A stretch of 64,000 bases of DNA from the IMG/VR virus record IMGVR_UViG_3300043811_000226; one strand, 5' to 3'. Position 1 is the first letter of the stretch. The number at the start of each line of letters is the position of its first letter. Shown piece by piece: positions 9,209 through 20,400 of this stretch. This stretch comes from a virus. The position numbers and the translations under genes are program-made. A model generated the notes under the pieces. That model was not told the origin of the DNA, searched no databases, and was given only the letters and a program-made list of their open reading frames with translations.

Positions 9209-9895
9209 ATGGGAAGACAACCGCCCAGTGACTACGTCGACAAGGTCGAAGCAGCGAAGACGTTGGGCGTGTCCGTACGCACGCTCGACAACATGATCCA
9301 CAAGAACATGATCGTGCCGCACTCCTTTGCCGGCAGCAGGAAGGTCGTGTTTCTACGCTCCGATGTCTCTGCCTTGATGCAGGCCACAGGTGATGGAGGA
9401 CTCGACCTGGCCCAAGTGAAAGCGCTGGCCTTGGCTGCGCTGTCGACCTCCCGTCGCAACGAGCAGCGTATGGTGGAGCTCTATGCGCACCTGGGCATGG
9501 AACTTCTACCCCTCGCGCGTGATACGCATTCGGTGCGTTCGCTCTACGAAGAGGTGAAGCTCGGTGTAGAACCCTCGAGCGTCCACGACGCCGACTGGCT
9601 GCAGTTCTGGACCAACACCTTCTTCTCGATGGACGAGGTCTACCTTGAGCTCGTCACGCATCTGACTGGGGACGTAGAGCCGTGGTTGGTGTTCCACGAC
9701 TTAGCGAACGCCATCTTGCGAGAGCTGGATTCTTACGGACTGACACGCCCTGTGCGCATCTTCCGCGCCAGCCGAAACCACCTACGCCATGTGAGTTACA
9801 TGCACTGCCGCAGAGTGAAGGGGGTAGAAACCGCCGGCATCGTATTCGACGGCCGCGCGCGTGCGGTCGATGAGTTGAACGCCCTCATTGGTTAG
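9209..9895 (+). CDS. Excisionase/MerR-like HTH DNA-binding protein
   Basis: N-terminal EAAKTLGVSVRTLDNMI...RKVVFLRSDV matches the HTH_17-type pattern; helical C-terminal domain of unknown function. Confidence 0.7.
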   Translation: MGRQPPSDYVDKVEAAKTLGVSVRTLDNMIHKNMIVPHSFAGSRKVVFLRSDVSALMQATGDGGLDLAQVKALALAALSTSRRNEQRMVELYAHLGMELLPLARDTHSVRSLYEEVKLGVEPSSVHDADWLQFWTNTFFSMDEVYLELVTHLTGDVEPWLVFHDLANAILRELDSYGLTRPVRIFRASRNHLRHVSYMHCRRVKGVETAGIVFDGRARAVDELNALIG

Positions 9896-11748
9896 CCCTG
9901 ATCGATGGGACCGCGGTACCCGGTACGAAGCGGACCCTGACCAGGCATCTCCCTGATGGGGCTGATTATATCCGGACGCGGCACGAGGATCATCGAGACC
10001 ATCATGCAGTAGAGGATGGAGTGGAATGTGTCGTCGGGCCGGTCCGGACGGTGCGTGTACTGCAGCATCCTCAGCGCGTTATTGTACTCCGAGAAGATGT
10101 TCAGACAGTCGTTGCCGTAGGGATCCTCGAACTCTTCCCAGCACGGCAAGTCCACCTGCTGGCGCTTGATGGCGTTGAAGATGTCGCTCATCACCTCAGT
10201 GCGCACCATCTGCCAGCGGCGGAAGTTCGGGTTCCAGAAGACCTTCTTCTTTCCGCGCGCCATGTACTGGTACTTGTGTACGCGCTTTGGACCGAACTTC
10301 CGGGTCAGGTGGTCATTGCGATCGAAGCCGCCACCGTAGTCGGCGCCGATGAGGCGCACGTTGAAGTACTGCATCATCTCGTCGATCTTTGCGAGCTGCG
10401 GCTCGGGGTCGACGTCTTCTCCTGTGAAGCGATGCACGTAGAAGATGCGGAAGCGCTGGTGCACGTACGTGCCGAGGGAAAGCACCGTGTACGTATTTTC
10501 GCCTGTGCCCCAATCGATTCCAGCGAAAATAGGCTGCCCTGCACCAAGTGAGTGGTACGCATCGAGCGCGTCCATGTTCATGTGCAAGTCGGGCTTGCAG
10601 CACTCCTTGACCTGGGCGCGTGTCAGCGGACGAAGACCTGAATCGTACGAGACGCCGAGCACCTCGTTGTAGAACTTGGCGCGGTCGTAGCGTCCGTAGT
10701 CGAGCATGATCTCGTCCCACGACCGCCACGGGACCATCAGCTGCGGGATGCGGTAGCACTCGAAGATGCCACCCTCCTGCATCTCGGCCCACTGCGCATC
10801 CTCGTGCATCGGGTTGATGAGCTGACCGCACTTCTCGCAAGACAGACCCCGCCTCTGGATGTTCTTCTCCCCCAGGATGTTCCAGTAGCGACCCGCACCA
10901 TCGGCCGAGCCGCAGCGGTCGCAAGGCACAACCCACTCGCCCATCGTGCTCATGGCTCGCCCGCGAGAAGTCCCGCTACGGTAGAACTCGAGGACGTTGT
11001 CGAGTCCCTTGGGCGTACCGGCGTAGAGGAAGCGGCGCCACTGCTCAGGAGCGTGGCTGAGTGATTGCTCGATGACGGGGATGTTGTCCGAGAGCACGTC
11101 CTGCAACTCATCGACGGCCAGGCACCAGGCAGGAATGCCTCGGGTACGGTCGGCGTTCAGGAAGGCGTAGCGCATCGTAATCTTCGAGCGGTTGACGAAC
11201 TGCTTCTCGAAGACGTTCTGCTGAAGGAGGGTGGTCGTGTAGGCCTTGAGGATGTCGCTAGTCTCGAGCGGTTCCTTGATGCGGTCGACTGAGAAGGTCT
11301 TGGTCTGTGTGGCTGACGGCGACACGTAAAGCGTACGGAAGCCCTGCACCATGCACGAGTAAGTAATGATGCGGTTGCCGAGCAGCGTGGACTTCTCAAC
11401 CTGCCGTCCGCAGAAGAGGAGGACGCGCTTGGCTGGCGTGTCGTAGACCCGGCGCATGTGCCGGCGACCTTCGAAGGTAAAGTTCTCGTAGCCCATGCCG
11501 TCGACACGCGGCATGCGGAAGGCGAACTCAGTGAACTGTGAGGGGAGCACCGCCGGGATGACGGCAGGAGCCTTGCGATCGTCATCCAGAAACGTGAAGT
11601 CGTCGAAGAGGTCTGGCTCTGGGCACCAAGGCTGGCCGTTCTCCGCGTTGTAGAGTTCCTCGTCGGATAGCTCCTCCTCGAGTGCTTCGAGATCGAGCTC
11701 GAAAGACTTCGGCACATGATTGTGCCCGTGGTAGTTGGTACCCAACAT
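9892..11748 (-). CDS. Terminase large subunit (GpA-like)
   Basis: Walker A GRQVEKST, Walker B LAVDE, CxxC..CxxC finger, RNase H-like AGIDWG and PDDTFHS. Confidence 0.9.
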   Translation of the reverse strand: MLGTNYHGHNHVPKSFELDLEALEEELSDEELYNAENGQPWCPEPDLFDDFTFLDDDRKAPAVIPAVLPSQFTEFAFRMPRVDGMGYENFTFEGRRHMRRVYDTPAKRVLLFCGRQVEKSTLLGNRIITYSCMVQGFRTLYVSPSATQTKTFSVDRIKEPLETSDILKAYTTTLLQQNVFEKQFVNRSKITMRYAFLNADRTRGIPAWCLAVDELQDVLSDNIPVIEQSLSHAPEQWRRFLYAGTPKGLDNVLEFYRSGTSRGRAMSTMGEWVVPCDRCGSADGAGRYWNILGEKNIQRRGLSCEKCGQLINPMHEDAQWAEMQEGGIFECYRIPQLMVPWRSWDEIMLDYGRYDRAKFYNEVLGVSYDSGLRPLTRAQVKECCKPDLHMNMDALDAYHSLGAGQPIFAGIDWGTGENTYTVLSLGTYVHQRFRIFYVHRFTGEDVDPEPQLAKIDEMMQYFNVRLIGADYGGGFDRNDHLTRKFGPKRVHKYQYMARGKKKVFWNPNFRRWQMVRTEVMSDIFNAIKRQQVDLPCWEEFEDPYGNDCLNIFSEYNNALRMLQYTHRPDRPDDTFHSILYCMMVSMILVPRPDIISPIREMPGQGPLRTGYRGPIDQG

Positions 11749-12067
11749 GAGTGCTCAGCCTACTTCAAGACCGGAGGAGATGCTCAACAACCTCTTCGCC
11801 AGCGTGCAACGAGCGGGCCCTGTCTTCACAGGCAACGCTACCTTGGTGCCTGAAGGAGAGGGCTTCCACATCACGTTGCAACTCGCGCAGGGCGCGTTCA
11901 ACCGCAACGATGTCGGCGTGCGCACGCAGAAGGCTTTGAACAGCTACGTCCGTGAGTACTTGAAGACGGCCGGCTGGCGTGTGAAGCACGCGGGCTTCAA
12001 GAAGAACTACTTCGAGCTTTTCACCGCACCGTCCAGAGCTGCGTCGAACTCGTCCAGGAACTTGTAG
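11747..12067 (+). CDS. Hypothetical protein
   Basis: 106 aa from MSAQPT with native codon usage; head-to-head with the terminase gene. Confidence 0.45.
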   Translation: MSAQPTSRPEEMLNNLFASVQRAGPVFTGNATLVPEGEGFHITLQLAQGAFNRNDVGVRTQKALNSYVREYLKTAGWRVKHAGFKKNYFELFTAPSRAASNSSRNL

Positions 12068-12432
12068 ACGAAGAGGTGCGGGTCGAGGACGTGCCCGAAG
12101 CCGTAGGCGCGCATCCACCAGCTTGCCTTCTCCTCGGTGTACGCGGCCTTGATGCGGGGGTAGGTCGCCTTGAAGTAGCTCTCGACGCACGTGGACAACG
12201 TGTTCGGGAAGGTCTCCTTCCAGTAGGTCGTCGGGTCAGGCAGCGCATTGATTTCGTCGGTCACGTAGAAGTGAAAGACGATGTCACCCTCGGTGATTGC
12301 AAACTCGAGGGCGAAGGTCGTGTAGTCGGTGCACTGGATGAAGTGCAGCGGCAGTACGGGCAGTGTGCCCTTCGCTTCACTTTCGATCTTCGCCTGGGCC
12401 TGGTCCCGGCTCAAGGGTGCTTGGGTCGTCAT
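12007..12432 (-). CDS. Hypothetical protein
   Basis: 141 aa, AAGGA SD. Confidence 0.65.
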   Translation of the reverse strand: MTTQAPLSRDQAQAKIESEAKGTLPVLPLHFIQCTDYTTFALEFAITEGDIVFHFYVTDEINALPDPTTYWKETFPNTLSTCVESYFKATYPRIKAAYTEEKASWWMRAYGFGHVLDPHLFVYKFLDEFDAALDGAVKSSK

Positions 12433-13351
12433 GCTTGGGATCCTTCAAAGGTGCGAGGTCCACGGTGTGCTGCCCGGCACTCAGCGCCTTGATGTTGGGC
12501 AGCGGTTTGTTCTCCGTACGCAGCGCGATGGACTCGAGCTGACCGAGAAGCTGGTTCTGCGGGTTCGAGGTCATTTGTAGCATCTCGGAGCTACCGCGTG
12601 CGATGTTCAAGTAGTTCAGGGCCTTCTGGCTGTCGCCAGGTCCGTCTTGGTACACCGCCTCAACAGCGCGGCGCGACGAAACATGCTGCAGGTCGTAGAG
12701 CAGGATCTCGAGGTCCTGCTTGCTGCCTGACATGCCGAGGCGCATCTGCGCCAAGGTGGCCGCCGAAGGGGAGTGCGGCAGATCGGCCGCGACCTTTCGG
12801 GCGCTCTTGTAGTAGGCACCACGGAGCGCGCGGCCCATGCCCTTGAAGACCGGGATGTTGTTGGCCGCGTTGTCGACCCGCCACTGCAGAAGGATCCGCA
12901 TCGTGTCGTTGTCGAGCAGGTCGATGTTCCAGTAGTAATGCTTGTACACCTCAAGCACTTCCACAGTGCAGTACGTCTTGTACTTACGCGTCACGCAGTC
13001 GGCGATGGCGGCGTAAGGGACCTGCGCCAACATCATCGACTCGATGAACTCCCTGACGCGTGGTTTGTCTTTGGCCTCACCTGCAGCACGCATCGAGAGG
13101 TCCGTTTGAAACGCCCGGTTGATGCGTTCTCTGTGGATGAACTGCGACGAAGCCAGGTGCAGACAGTCGTGGGGGTAGAAGGGCTCAGGCCACGGCGGGA
13201 TGCGCGTGCGCACCCAATCGATGTAAGCGAGCGACAGCCAGTCGAGGTCCTCTCCTTCGACGCGCTCCTTGATCTCTTCCGTGGTGTAGGCGTCGGGGTG
13301 GACGATCAGCGCCTTGATGAAGTATTCGGCTGGCGAACGAAGTCGGAACAT
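12377..13351 (-). CDS. Hypothetical protein
   Basis: 324 aa; starts 1 nt after the upstream stop. Confidence 0.7.
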   Translation of the reverse strand: MFRLRSPAEYFIKALIVHPDAYTTEEIKERVEGEDLDWLSLAYIDWVRTRIPPWPEPFYPHDCLHLASSQFIHRERINRAFQTDLSMRAAGEAKDKPRVREFIESMMLAQVPYAAIADCVTRKYKTYCTVEVLEVYKHYYWNIDLLDNDTMRILLQWRVDNAANNIPVFKGMGRALRGAYYKSARKVAADLPHSPSAATLAQMRLGMSGSKQDLEILLYDLQHVSSRRAVEAVYQDGPGDSQKALNYLNIARGSSEMLQMTSNPQNQLLGQLESIALRTENKPLPNIKALSAGQHTVDLAPLKDPKHDDPSTLEPGPGPGEDRK

Positions 13352-13352
13352 C

Positions 13353-15572
13353 TCACGACTTCTGAAAAGCGAGAATTTTCAAACCTTCGAGCACCTCCTC
13401 GGTGCATCGAATGGCGCGCTCGAGGGCAGGGATGGGGGTCTCCCGGAGACCGAGACGCGCCGCGAGAAGTAGCTCGCACATCTTGAGCTGCGCTTCGTCG
13501 ATGACGGGCATGTACGCGATGAAGGCGCCGAGGTTCTCAGGATTCAGGAACCCAAGAGACAACACCGTGTCGACAGCAACCGGGTCGGGGATGACGGCCG
13601 CTTCCTTGACCAAGTCCTGCTTGAGGTCAGGCATGGTCGAGAGCACTTGCGCGGCCTTCTCGAGCGCCTCGTTCAGCTGGTCGGTGGCGAGCTTGATGTA
13701 CCGTCCAACGCGCACGTCGACGGGAGTGCTCCACGCGGCGGCCTCCCCCAGCTTCTTCTGTGCGTAGCCGAGGTCGGTACCGAGACCGCCGAGAAGAAAC
13801 AGCGTGTCGTCGAGCGACAAGAAGCTCTTCTCGTCGTGCGCGAGCTTGTCGACAGGGAAGCCTCTGAGAGAGAACGTGCTATCCCCTCCACAGCGCACCT
13901 GCACCGTGTGCAGCGCGCGGGCGACAGCGGCCTCTTTGTTGAAGCCCTGCGGGTCGCCGACGAGCTCCGTTTCCTCGGCCTTGTCGAGGGGGAGCCAGCA
14001 GAACGAGTCCGGGACGATGAGCATCGACCCATCCGGCGTCGGAGTGACCGCCTCGAGGTTCGGCTGGACGCTGACCTGGATGGGTCGCCCGTCGAACGTC
14101 TCGGCATGGAAGACGACCCCGCCGGCGCCGTCCGCGCCTTCCTCGGGAGCATCCATCGAGGCCTTGAGCGTCATGGGGACGGTCGCCTCAGCACGTCCGT
14201 TCGAGAGCAGGTGGTAGAAGACTCCCATTCCCGACGGCTTGCCTTCGAACAGGCTCGCCCCTCCGCCCACATTGATGCCGGCGATGTCGCCTTGAAGCGC
14301 CATCTGGCTGCCGTTGGTGAAGAGGGCGATGGGCAGTGCCGTCCCATCGATGTCGATGAGGTTCGGGAAGACGTAGCCGATGAGGTGACATCCCTGACTG
14401 TCCTGCACCTTGTAGATGCCGAACTGGCTGACGAGCTCCGCCTTGTCCGCTTCGGGGCTCTCCTTCTCCGCCACGCCCTCCCCTACCGTCAGCGTGGCCG
14501 AGCCGGTCGTATCGGCCGCGAGGACGACCTTCTCCCCGAGAAGGCGAACGGCCTGCCCGCGGTCGAGGGTCTGCTCTTCTGGCAGCCAGCAACCAAACGA
14601 CGCCGTCTTGAGCGAGTAGCCCTCGTCTTCTTTGCGAAGCTGCGCCACCGTCGGCTTGAGCTGGATGAGCGCCGCGGCGGCGAGCTTGCGCGACTCGACG
14701 GGCGTGAACTCCGACAGCACCTTCAGGGAATCACGCGTAGCCGCGCCGTTGGCGAGGTACTGCGCCTGCAGCCCATGGTCGTCGGCGAGCTTCTGAAAGA
14801 AGGCCTCGTAGTCGCGCGCATTGATGGTCGGCAGGATGCTCTCGAGGATGGAGGCTGCCTTGGTCGCGCGCTGCGCTGCAATGTTGCCAGCGAGCAGGTA
14901 CTTCTGCCCTTTGGCAGCCTCGCCTCCTGCGACTTGCTGCGCACCACGACCAAGCAGCGAACGCGAAGCGCTAGCCAAGGAGTGCGGGTCAGTCTGCTTC
15001 TTCAGATAGGAACCGAGCGTGGAAGGGGAAAGGGCTTCCTTGTTCTCCCCCTCCTTGCCCATGCCCACGTTCATCGTGGCGCCACCACCACCGAAGCCGT
15101 AGTTCTGGCGGTACGGCGGGTAGAGCTGGCCGATCATCGACATGTCGCCGGGCCCACGGCCCGTGATGTCGAAGACCTGCGGGCGGAAGATAGCCTGGCG
15201 AAGGCGCGGCTCGGTGAGCGGCATGACCTTCGAGTCAGTTGTGACAACGAGGTCGAGTGGCTGGAGCTTGCGGTCCTTGATGATGACCGGAATGCGCGCG
15301 CTGCGAATGCCGGCGGCGTCCATCGCCTCGGGCTCGGCGCCGTGCTGGATCTCCGTCTTGTTCTGGATCTCGACGTGGCCAAACCCATAGCCTCGCTCGG
15401 CGTCGACGCGGTCCATCGTCACGTGCGGCTCGAAATCCGCGGCGTAAGGAACCTGCTTGAACAGCTCCTGCATCAACTCGTTCGGCCACGCGTTCGCGTC
15501 CTCCGGAAGCATGACCTCTGTGGCCACCTTCTCGAAGTGGACGTCGGGCTCGAAGAACAAAGGCTGGGCCAT
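13353..15572 (-). CDS. Large K-x-A-containing virion (probably head) protein
   Basis: 739 aa, about 10 K-x-A motifs spaced between folded-looking blocks. Confidence 0.65.
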   Translation of the reverse strand: MAQPLFFEPDVHFEKVATEVMLPEDANAWPNELMQELFKQVPYAADFEPHVTMDRVDAERGYGFGHVEIQNKTEIQHGAEPEAMDAAGIRSARIPVIIKDRKLQPLDLVVTTDSKVMPLTEPRLRQAIFRPQVFDITGRGPGDMSMIGQLYPPYRQNYGFGGGGATMNVGMGKEGENKEALSPSTLGSYLKKQTDPHSLASASRSLLGRGAQQVAGGEAAKGQKYLLAGNIAAQRATKAASILESILPTINARDYEAFFQKLADDHGLQAQYLANGAATRDSLKVLSEFTPVESRKLAAAALIQLKPTVAQLRKEDEGYSLKTASFGCWLPEEQTLDRGQAVRLLGEKVVLAADTTGSATLTVGEGVAEKESPEADKAELVSQFGIYKVQDSQGCHLIGYVFPNLIDIDGTALPIALFTNGSQMALQGDIAGINVGGGASLFEGKPSGMGVFYHLLSNGRAEATVPMTLKASMDAPEEGADGAGGVVFHAETFDGRPIQVSVQPNLEAVTPTPDGSMLIVPDSFCWLPLDKAEETELVGDPQGFNKEAAVARALHTVQVRCGGDSTFSLRGFPVDKLAHDEKSFLSLDDTLFLLGGLGTDLGYAQKKLGEAAAWSTPVDVRVGRYIKLATDQLNEALEKAAQVLSTMPDLKQDLVKEAAVIPDPVAVDTVLSLGFLNPENLGAFIAYMPVIDEAQLKMCELLLAARLGLRETPIPALERAIRCTEEVLEGLKILAFQKS

Positions 15573-15581
15573 GAGCGTCTC

Positions 15582-16205
15582 CTATACCGTTCGGATGATA
15601 CCAGCCAGGGCGACCGAGGCAGAAGGGACCTTGGTCAGCATGATGACACCGAACACCTGCTCGAAAGGCAGGATGCCACCGATACCGCCAGAAACAAGAG
15701 CTGCGTACTCCGCCACCGAGCTGGCGAGAGTCGAAGGCGAAGCGTAGCCCACCGATAGAAGAACAAGAGGACCCGCCGATAGGTTGAAGCCTGCAAGCAG
15801 GTTCACCAGCGGCAGCTTCACGGACAGAACCGCTTCGATGAGGAACTTGATGCCGCCTATGCGAAGAGAGATCGCACCACCGAGGGAGAAGGACACACCG
15901 AGCGGAGGCAAGATGGGAAGACCGAGAGACAACGCGGCAGCGATGCTCGCCTGCACCTGCAACACCGACGCAAGAAGCGTCTTCAAGTAGGCGATGGGGT
16001 CGACGATCTGCAAAGAGAATGTGACCTGCGCCGCAAGGGCAGCTTGAAGCTGTGCTTGCAAGTCCGCGATGAGAGAACCGAGCCCGAAGGGACCCGTCAG
16101 CATCAGGTCGACTTGTGCCAGCAAGGGACCGATGAGCCCTACCGTTGTGCTCAGCCCGACGTTGATACCTCCAAGGGGCAGGTCGGCGATGAAGACGGTG
16201 CTCAA
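15582..16205 (-). CDS. Very hydrophobic protein coupled to the spike gene
   Basis: 207 aa, almost all L/A/G/I/V/S with few charged residues; ATGA overlap with the spike gene. Confidence 0.65.
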   Translation of the reverse strand: MSTVFIADLPLGGINVGLSTTVGLIGPLLAQVDLMLTGPFGLGSLIADLQAQLQAALAAQVTFSLQIVDPIAYLKTLLASVLQVQASIAAALSLGLPILPPLGVSFSLGGAISLRIGGIKFLIEAVLSVKLPLVNLLAGFNLSAGPLVLLSVGYASPSTLASSVAEYAALVSGGIGGILPFEQVFGVIMLTKVPSASVALAGIIRTV

Positions 16206-17452
16206 GCAAGAACCTTGTTGTTACCTGTGGCGATGGTGCCGGGTAGAGGCAACGCCGGCGGACACTGAATCGTTGCCGCACACGGGGTTCCTGGTGTAGG
16301 CGGATTGGAAAACGTGAGGATGACTGGGGCTGGTACAAGTAGAGGCAAAATGACCTGGTCGCCTAGACGGGCCACGGCTGTCAGTCCCGCCCCCAGACGA
16401 ACGGTGTCTCCCTTGATGTGCGAGTACGCACCTCCATCGATGTCGAAGCCGCTTCCCGCCGTCATCTGCGCGTTGCCGCCGAAGTGCCCCTCGAAGTCGC
16501 CCTTCACCTTGAAGGTGAGCTTCTTGTCGACCTGGAGGAGCATGTTGCCCTCCGTGCGCATGAGCGTGTTGCCTGTGCGGTCGAACGTGAACTTGAAGAC
16601 CGAGTTGGCGATGGTGGCCTGACTCGCTGTCTCCCCGCTCTCCGCCACGAAGCCTTTGGGGCTGACGGTCACCTCAAAGATGATGGGGTTCTTGCCCTTG
16701 CCGTCATCGCCTTGACCGACCCCCGCCTCCGCCAAGTTCTGCCCCCCATCCGGTTCGGGTATGGGCGCGAAGACCTTGCCGCAAGCGAGCTTCACATCAG
16801 CAAACTGGTCGGTCGAGAAGACCCGAAAGGTCTGCATGTACTGACCGGGGATCTGTGTCTGGGAGGGTCCTTCCTGGATGCCCCACACAACGGAGCCCGC
16901 AGAGTTGTGGTGCTCGTAGTTCTCGCTGATGTCCTCGACCAGGTTGTTGAGCGGGATGAAGATGCGCTGAGCGAGCTCGGTTGCACCGATCTGCAGTACA
17001 CCCCCTCGATGCAGGATGACGAAGTTGCCGTCACGCGTGCGCATGACGATGTCACCGGGCTTGGGCTGCAGGCGTCCGCCGGCGAAGGTGGCGTCGGTTG
17101 TGTTGGCAGGCTGCTGTGCATGTGATGTCGTACCGGCCGGCGCGTCGTCACTCGCGTCGTCGATGGTCTCGGACGCCATGAGGAACATGCTGACGTACGG
17201 CGGTGAGCTGTCCGATGGGACGGTGACCGTGCACGTCGCGCCGACTTCTGGAAAGACGTACACGCCCTCCCCGTTCGAGTGGTGCAAGTAGAGACCACCC
17301 ACCTGGATGTCGAAGTACTTCTTGCGGTCGAACTGTGCGTTGACGTCGACCGTCCACTTCACGAGGTTGATGTTCGTGATCCGTCCCTGAATTACGCGCG
17401 CTGGGTCGTGACCCTCTACGTGCGTGAAGGACGTTCTGAACTTCGAGGCCAT
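16202..17452 (-). CDS. Baseplate central spike (gp5/GpV/VgrG-like) with PAAR-like tip
   Basis: N-terminal OB-fold-like segment (GRITNINL..PEVGATC), beta-repeat stalk (GNMLLQVDKKLTFKVKGD), C-terminal VARLGD...GTIATGNNKVLA. Confidence 0.7.
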   Translation of the reverse strand: MASKFRTSFTHVEGHDPARVIQGRITNINLVKWTVDVNAQFDRKKYFDIQVGGLYLHHSNGEGVYVFPEVGATCTVTVPSDSSPPYVSMFLMASETIDDASDDAPAGTTSHAQQPANTTDATFAGGRLQPKPGDIVMRTRDGNFVILHRGGVLQIGATELAQRIFIPLNNLVEDISENYEHHNSAGSVVWGIQEGPSQTQIPGQYMQTFRVFSTDQFADVKLACGKVFAPIPEPDGGQNLAEAGVGQGDDGKGKNPIIFEVTVSPKGFVAESGETASQATIANSVFKFTFDRTGNTLMRTEGNMLLQVDKKLTFKVKGDFEGHFGGNAQMTAGSGFDIDGGAYSHIKGDTVRLGAGLTAVARLGDQVILPLLVPAPVILTFSNPPTPGTPCAATIQCPPALPLPGTIATGNNKVLA

Positions 17453-17455
17453 CGG

Positions 17456-20400
17456 CTAGTAGTGGTGGGACGGTACAGCCTTCAGGTGCTCTCGCCCAGG
17501 CACCAGAGAGTCCTTCTTCGTCAGCCCAAACTCGGCCCCAAAAGCCACGCCCGGCACAGGATGCGTTCCGTGGAGGTGCGATACGCCGGCAGTTGCTGCT
17601 GCATCCAGCAACGTCGCACGAAGCTTCTCGTGCTGCAACTTCGCCATCCAGTCTTCTTGCATCTCGAGGGGTAGGGCCGTGATGCCCTTGAGCACGGGGG
17701 TGTGTTCTATGGGAGTGAGTCCTTGCGCCGCGAGCTCCTTGTTCCTCTTGTTGACCGAGGTCAAAGGACGGTACTCCCCTGGTAGAACATCTGGGTGACC
17801 ACCGGGGTCGACGACGCGGGTGAGGTTACTCATTGCCTTGACCACGGTCTCGACCGCGCGACGCTTGATGTCGGTCTCCTTGTACAACCCGTAGATCTCG
17901 TTGGACAGATGGTTCTGCACCTTCTCCATGGAACCGGTGGCCTCATAGATGCGGTGCGGGTTGGCGAACGTGCGGTTCGGGTCCGAGAGATGATCTCCTG
18001 CTGTTACGTGCATTCCTACAGCAGGAGGCTTCCATGCCTTGTAGCCGACAAGTGCCTCGGCGTTGGGAAGATTTTTGTGCAAGGGCAGACCACTGTCGTC
18101 CTTGCCGACGTGGTGCCGCCGATTGTTCACGAAGACGTCGACGCCCGTAGCCGTTGGCTGCACCTTGTCGATGGTCCCGGAAACCATGGCGAGCGATGCC
18201 TCGTTCGGCAGCTCGTCGTGAAGCTCCATCAGTTGCTTGAACCGAGAGAAGGAGGAAAGAAGCTTCGAGCCGTGTTGTTCGCCAACGCCCCCCATGTGGA
18301 AGCTCTTGAGCGTGAGTTGCATGGCACGTTCGCCGACCGCATGCGCTGAATGCACGCCCACGTTCGTTCCGAGGTCGTGATGCTGCCCGCCGGCACTGAG
18401 CCCCATACACTTTTGGCAGATGCCCTTCTCGCTCTCGCACTTGAGCGGTGAGCGAACAAGAAGCGTTCCGTTAGGCTTGGCGGCCTTCACCTTACTGACG
18501 AGGTCCGGTGTCAGAAGCGTTCCGGCAGGAATGTGCAGCTTGCCGTGAGAGAAATCCTGCTGCAAGTAGCGGTCGTGTATGTCCGGCTCGTTGATATCGA
18601 GCGCGATGCCTTTGCTGGTACCGCAATCGTGCTCGTCTACGAGCATGTGCATCATGTTGTTCATGAGCCGCTTGGACATGTACCCAGGCTCGCTCACTTC
18701 CTGCACCTTCATGACCGCACCGCGCCGTGCGCCGTGCATCTGCGTCCAGTAACCGCCCAGATCCAGGCCTTCGGAGTAGCTCCTGGTGACTGGAGTCGCG
18801 ATCTCCTTGTCGTTCGAATCCTTGTAGATCATAGGAGCGATGACCATCTGCTTGTAGTTGTCCCAGCCCGGCTTCACACCCGCACGGTACATCGTGAAGA
18901 GGTTGGTCGGATCCTTGTCCTGCTTCTTCTCATGCAGGGCACGCATCTCCTTGTCCGCCTTCTTGTAGAGGACGAGAGCCTGCTGATCCTTCTCAGCCTG
19001 GGAGAGACGCGAGTTGTGCTCGATGACGTCGACCTGCTTCATCACCGGGGCGAGTACGTGGTCACGCACCTGAGTGTCGGGCGTGAAATCGGCCAAGGAT
19101 AGCGTGTGCGCTCCCATGGGAACGAAGACCGACTTCTCCTTGATCGCCACGGGCGTCTTATCGAGCGTTTTGAAGAGGAGCTTGTGACCTGCACTCGTAG
19201 GCTGCGGTATGTCGACCACGCCAAAGGCCGCGCCGTTGCCCAGGTCCTTCAGCTTGTTGACGGCCTCCCCATACTGCGGTGCGTGCTCTTTGGCGACCTG
19301 TGTGAGTAGGGTGTCGAGACCACCTTTGTTGATGCGGTAGTCGAGGTTGTGCAACGTGTGCGTCTGCATGTCCGCGGGCAGGGCGCTCGAGAGCAGAACA
19401 CGACCTGCCGTGGTCTTCTTTCCACCCAGGTGCACCACATCGTTCACGTGCAAGCTGCCGCTACGTACGGCATCGAGGATGCTGCCGGGGTGGTCGAACT
19501 TTTTTCCCGTGTCCTTGCCAACCAACGACAGCTTGTAGAGGCCGAGGGCGCTCTCGAGCGTCGGCTGGTACATGACCTTGCCGCTCGCCTCGCTGAAGAG
19601 GTTGTTCGACGGGAACATCTTGTGCGCCTCTTCGAGCGCTTCGCGCGTGATGGGCACGAAGGCACTCATCGTGTCGCCGTCGAAGTCGGCGTTGAAGCCG
19701 CCAGTCACAAGCGGGTGGATCTTGATGGCGCTGCCCTCGACTGGACGGGCCTTGAAGGCCTGCACGCTGTACTTGTGCAGGGCCGGGTCGCGCTTCAGAA
19801 GGAGAGGGCGCTTGTCCATCACCCGGTCAAGAGCACGCCAGACCTGCGGCGTCTTCTTGGCGAGAGCCGCAGGTCCCTGCATCTCGTTCTGAATGGCGCC
19901 CATCTCCTTGAGCTCGCGCACGACGAAGGGGCGGTACAGGTCCAGTGCGGCATGCCTGGGGATCCCCACTTCATCAAGTCCGAGCGCGGGCTCCGGAACG
20001 ATGGTGGACCGCATCGTCAGGTCCTGACGCCGGTTGATGAGAACGTCCTGGAAGAAGCCATGCTTAGGCGAGCTCCCCGTGATCTCGTGGAGAAGCCCCT
20101 TGTGCGGAACCTCCGCATACGTGCCGAAGCCCATGATGGCCTTGACGCCATCGTAGTAGTCGCGGCGTAGATCCTTCTTGCCCTCGTCGGTGAGGTTCTT
20201 GGAGAGAACCGGGTCCTTCAGCTTGTCGTTGACCTTGGCGAAGTCCGAGTAGAGCGAGTTGATGTCGTGGAACCGTACGTTGCCATCAGGCAGCATCGAG
20301 ACCGGACGCATGATGGGTGGCAGCACAGGTAGCTGGTGAAGTACGTACGCCTCGCTCGGCTTCATGCCTGTCTGGCTGAGTGCACGCAAGTACTTCACCT

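Noticed and set aside
10829-10923. Zinc finger in terminase as a novelty
   Set aside because: Cys4 fingers are usual in GpA-type terminases.
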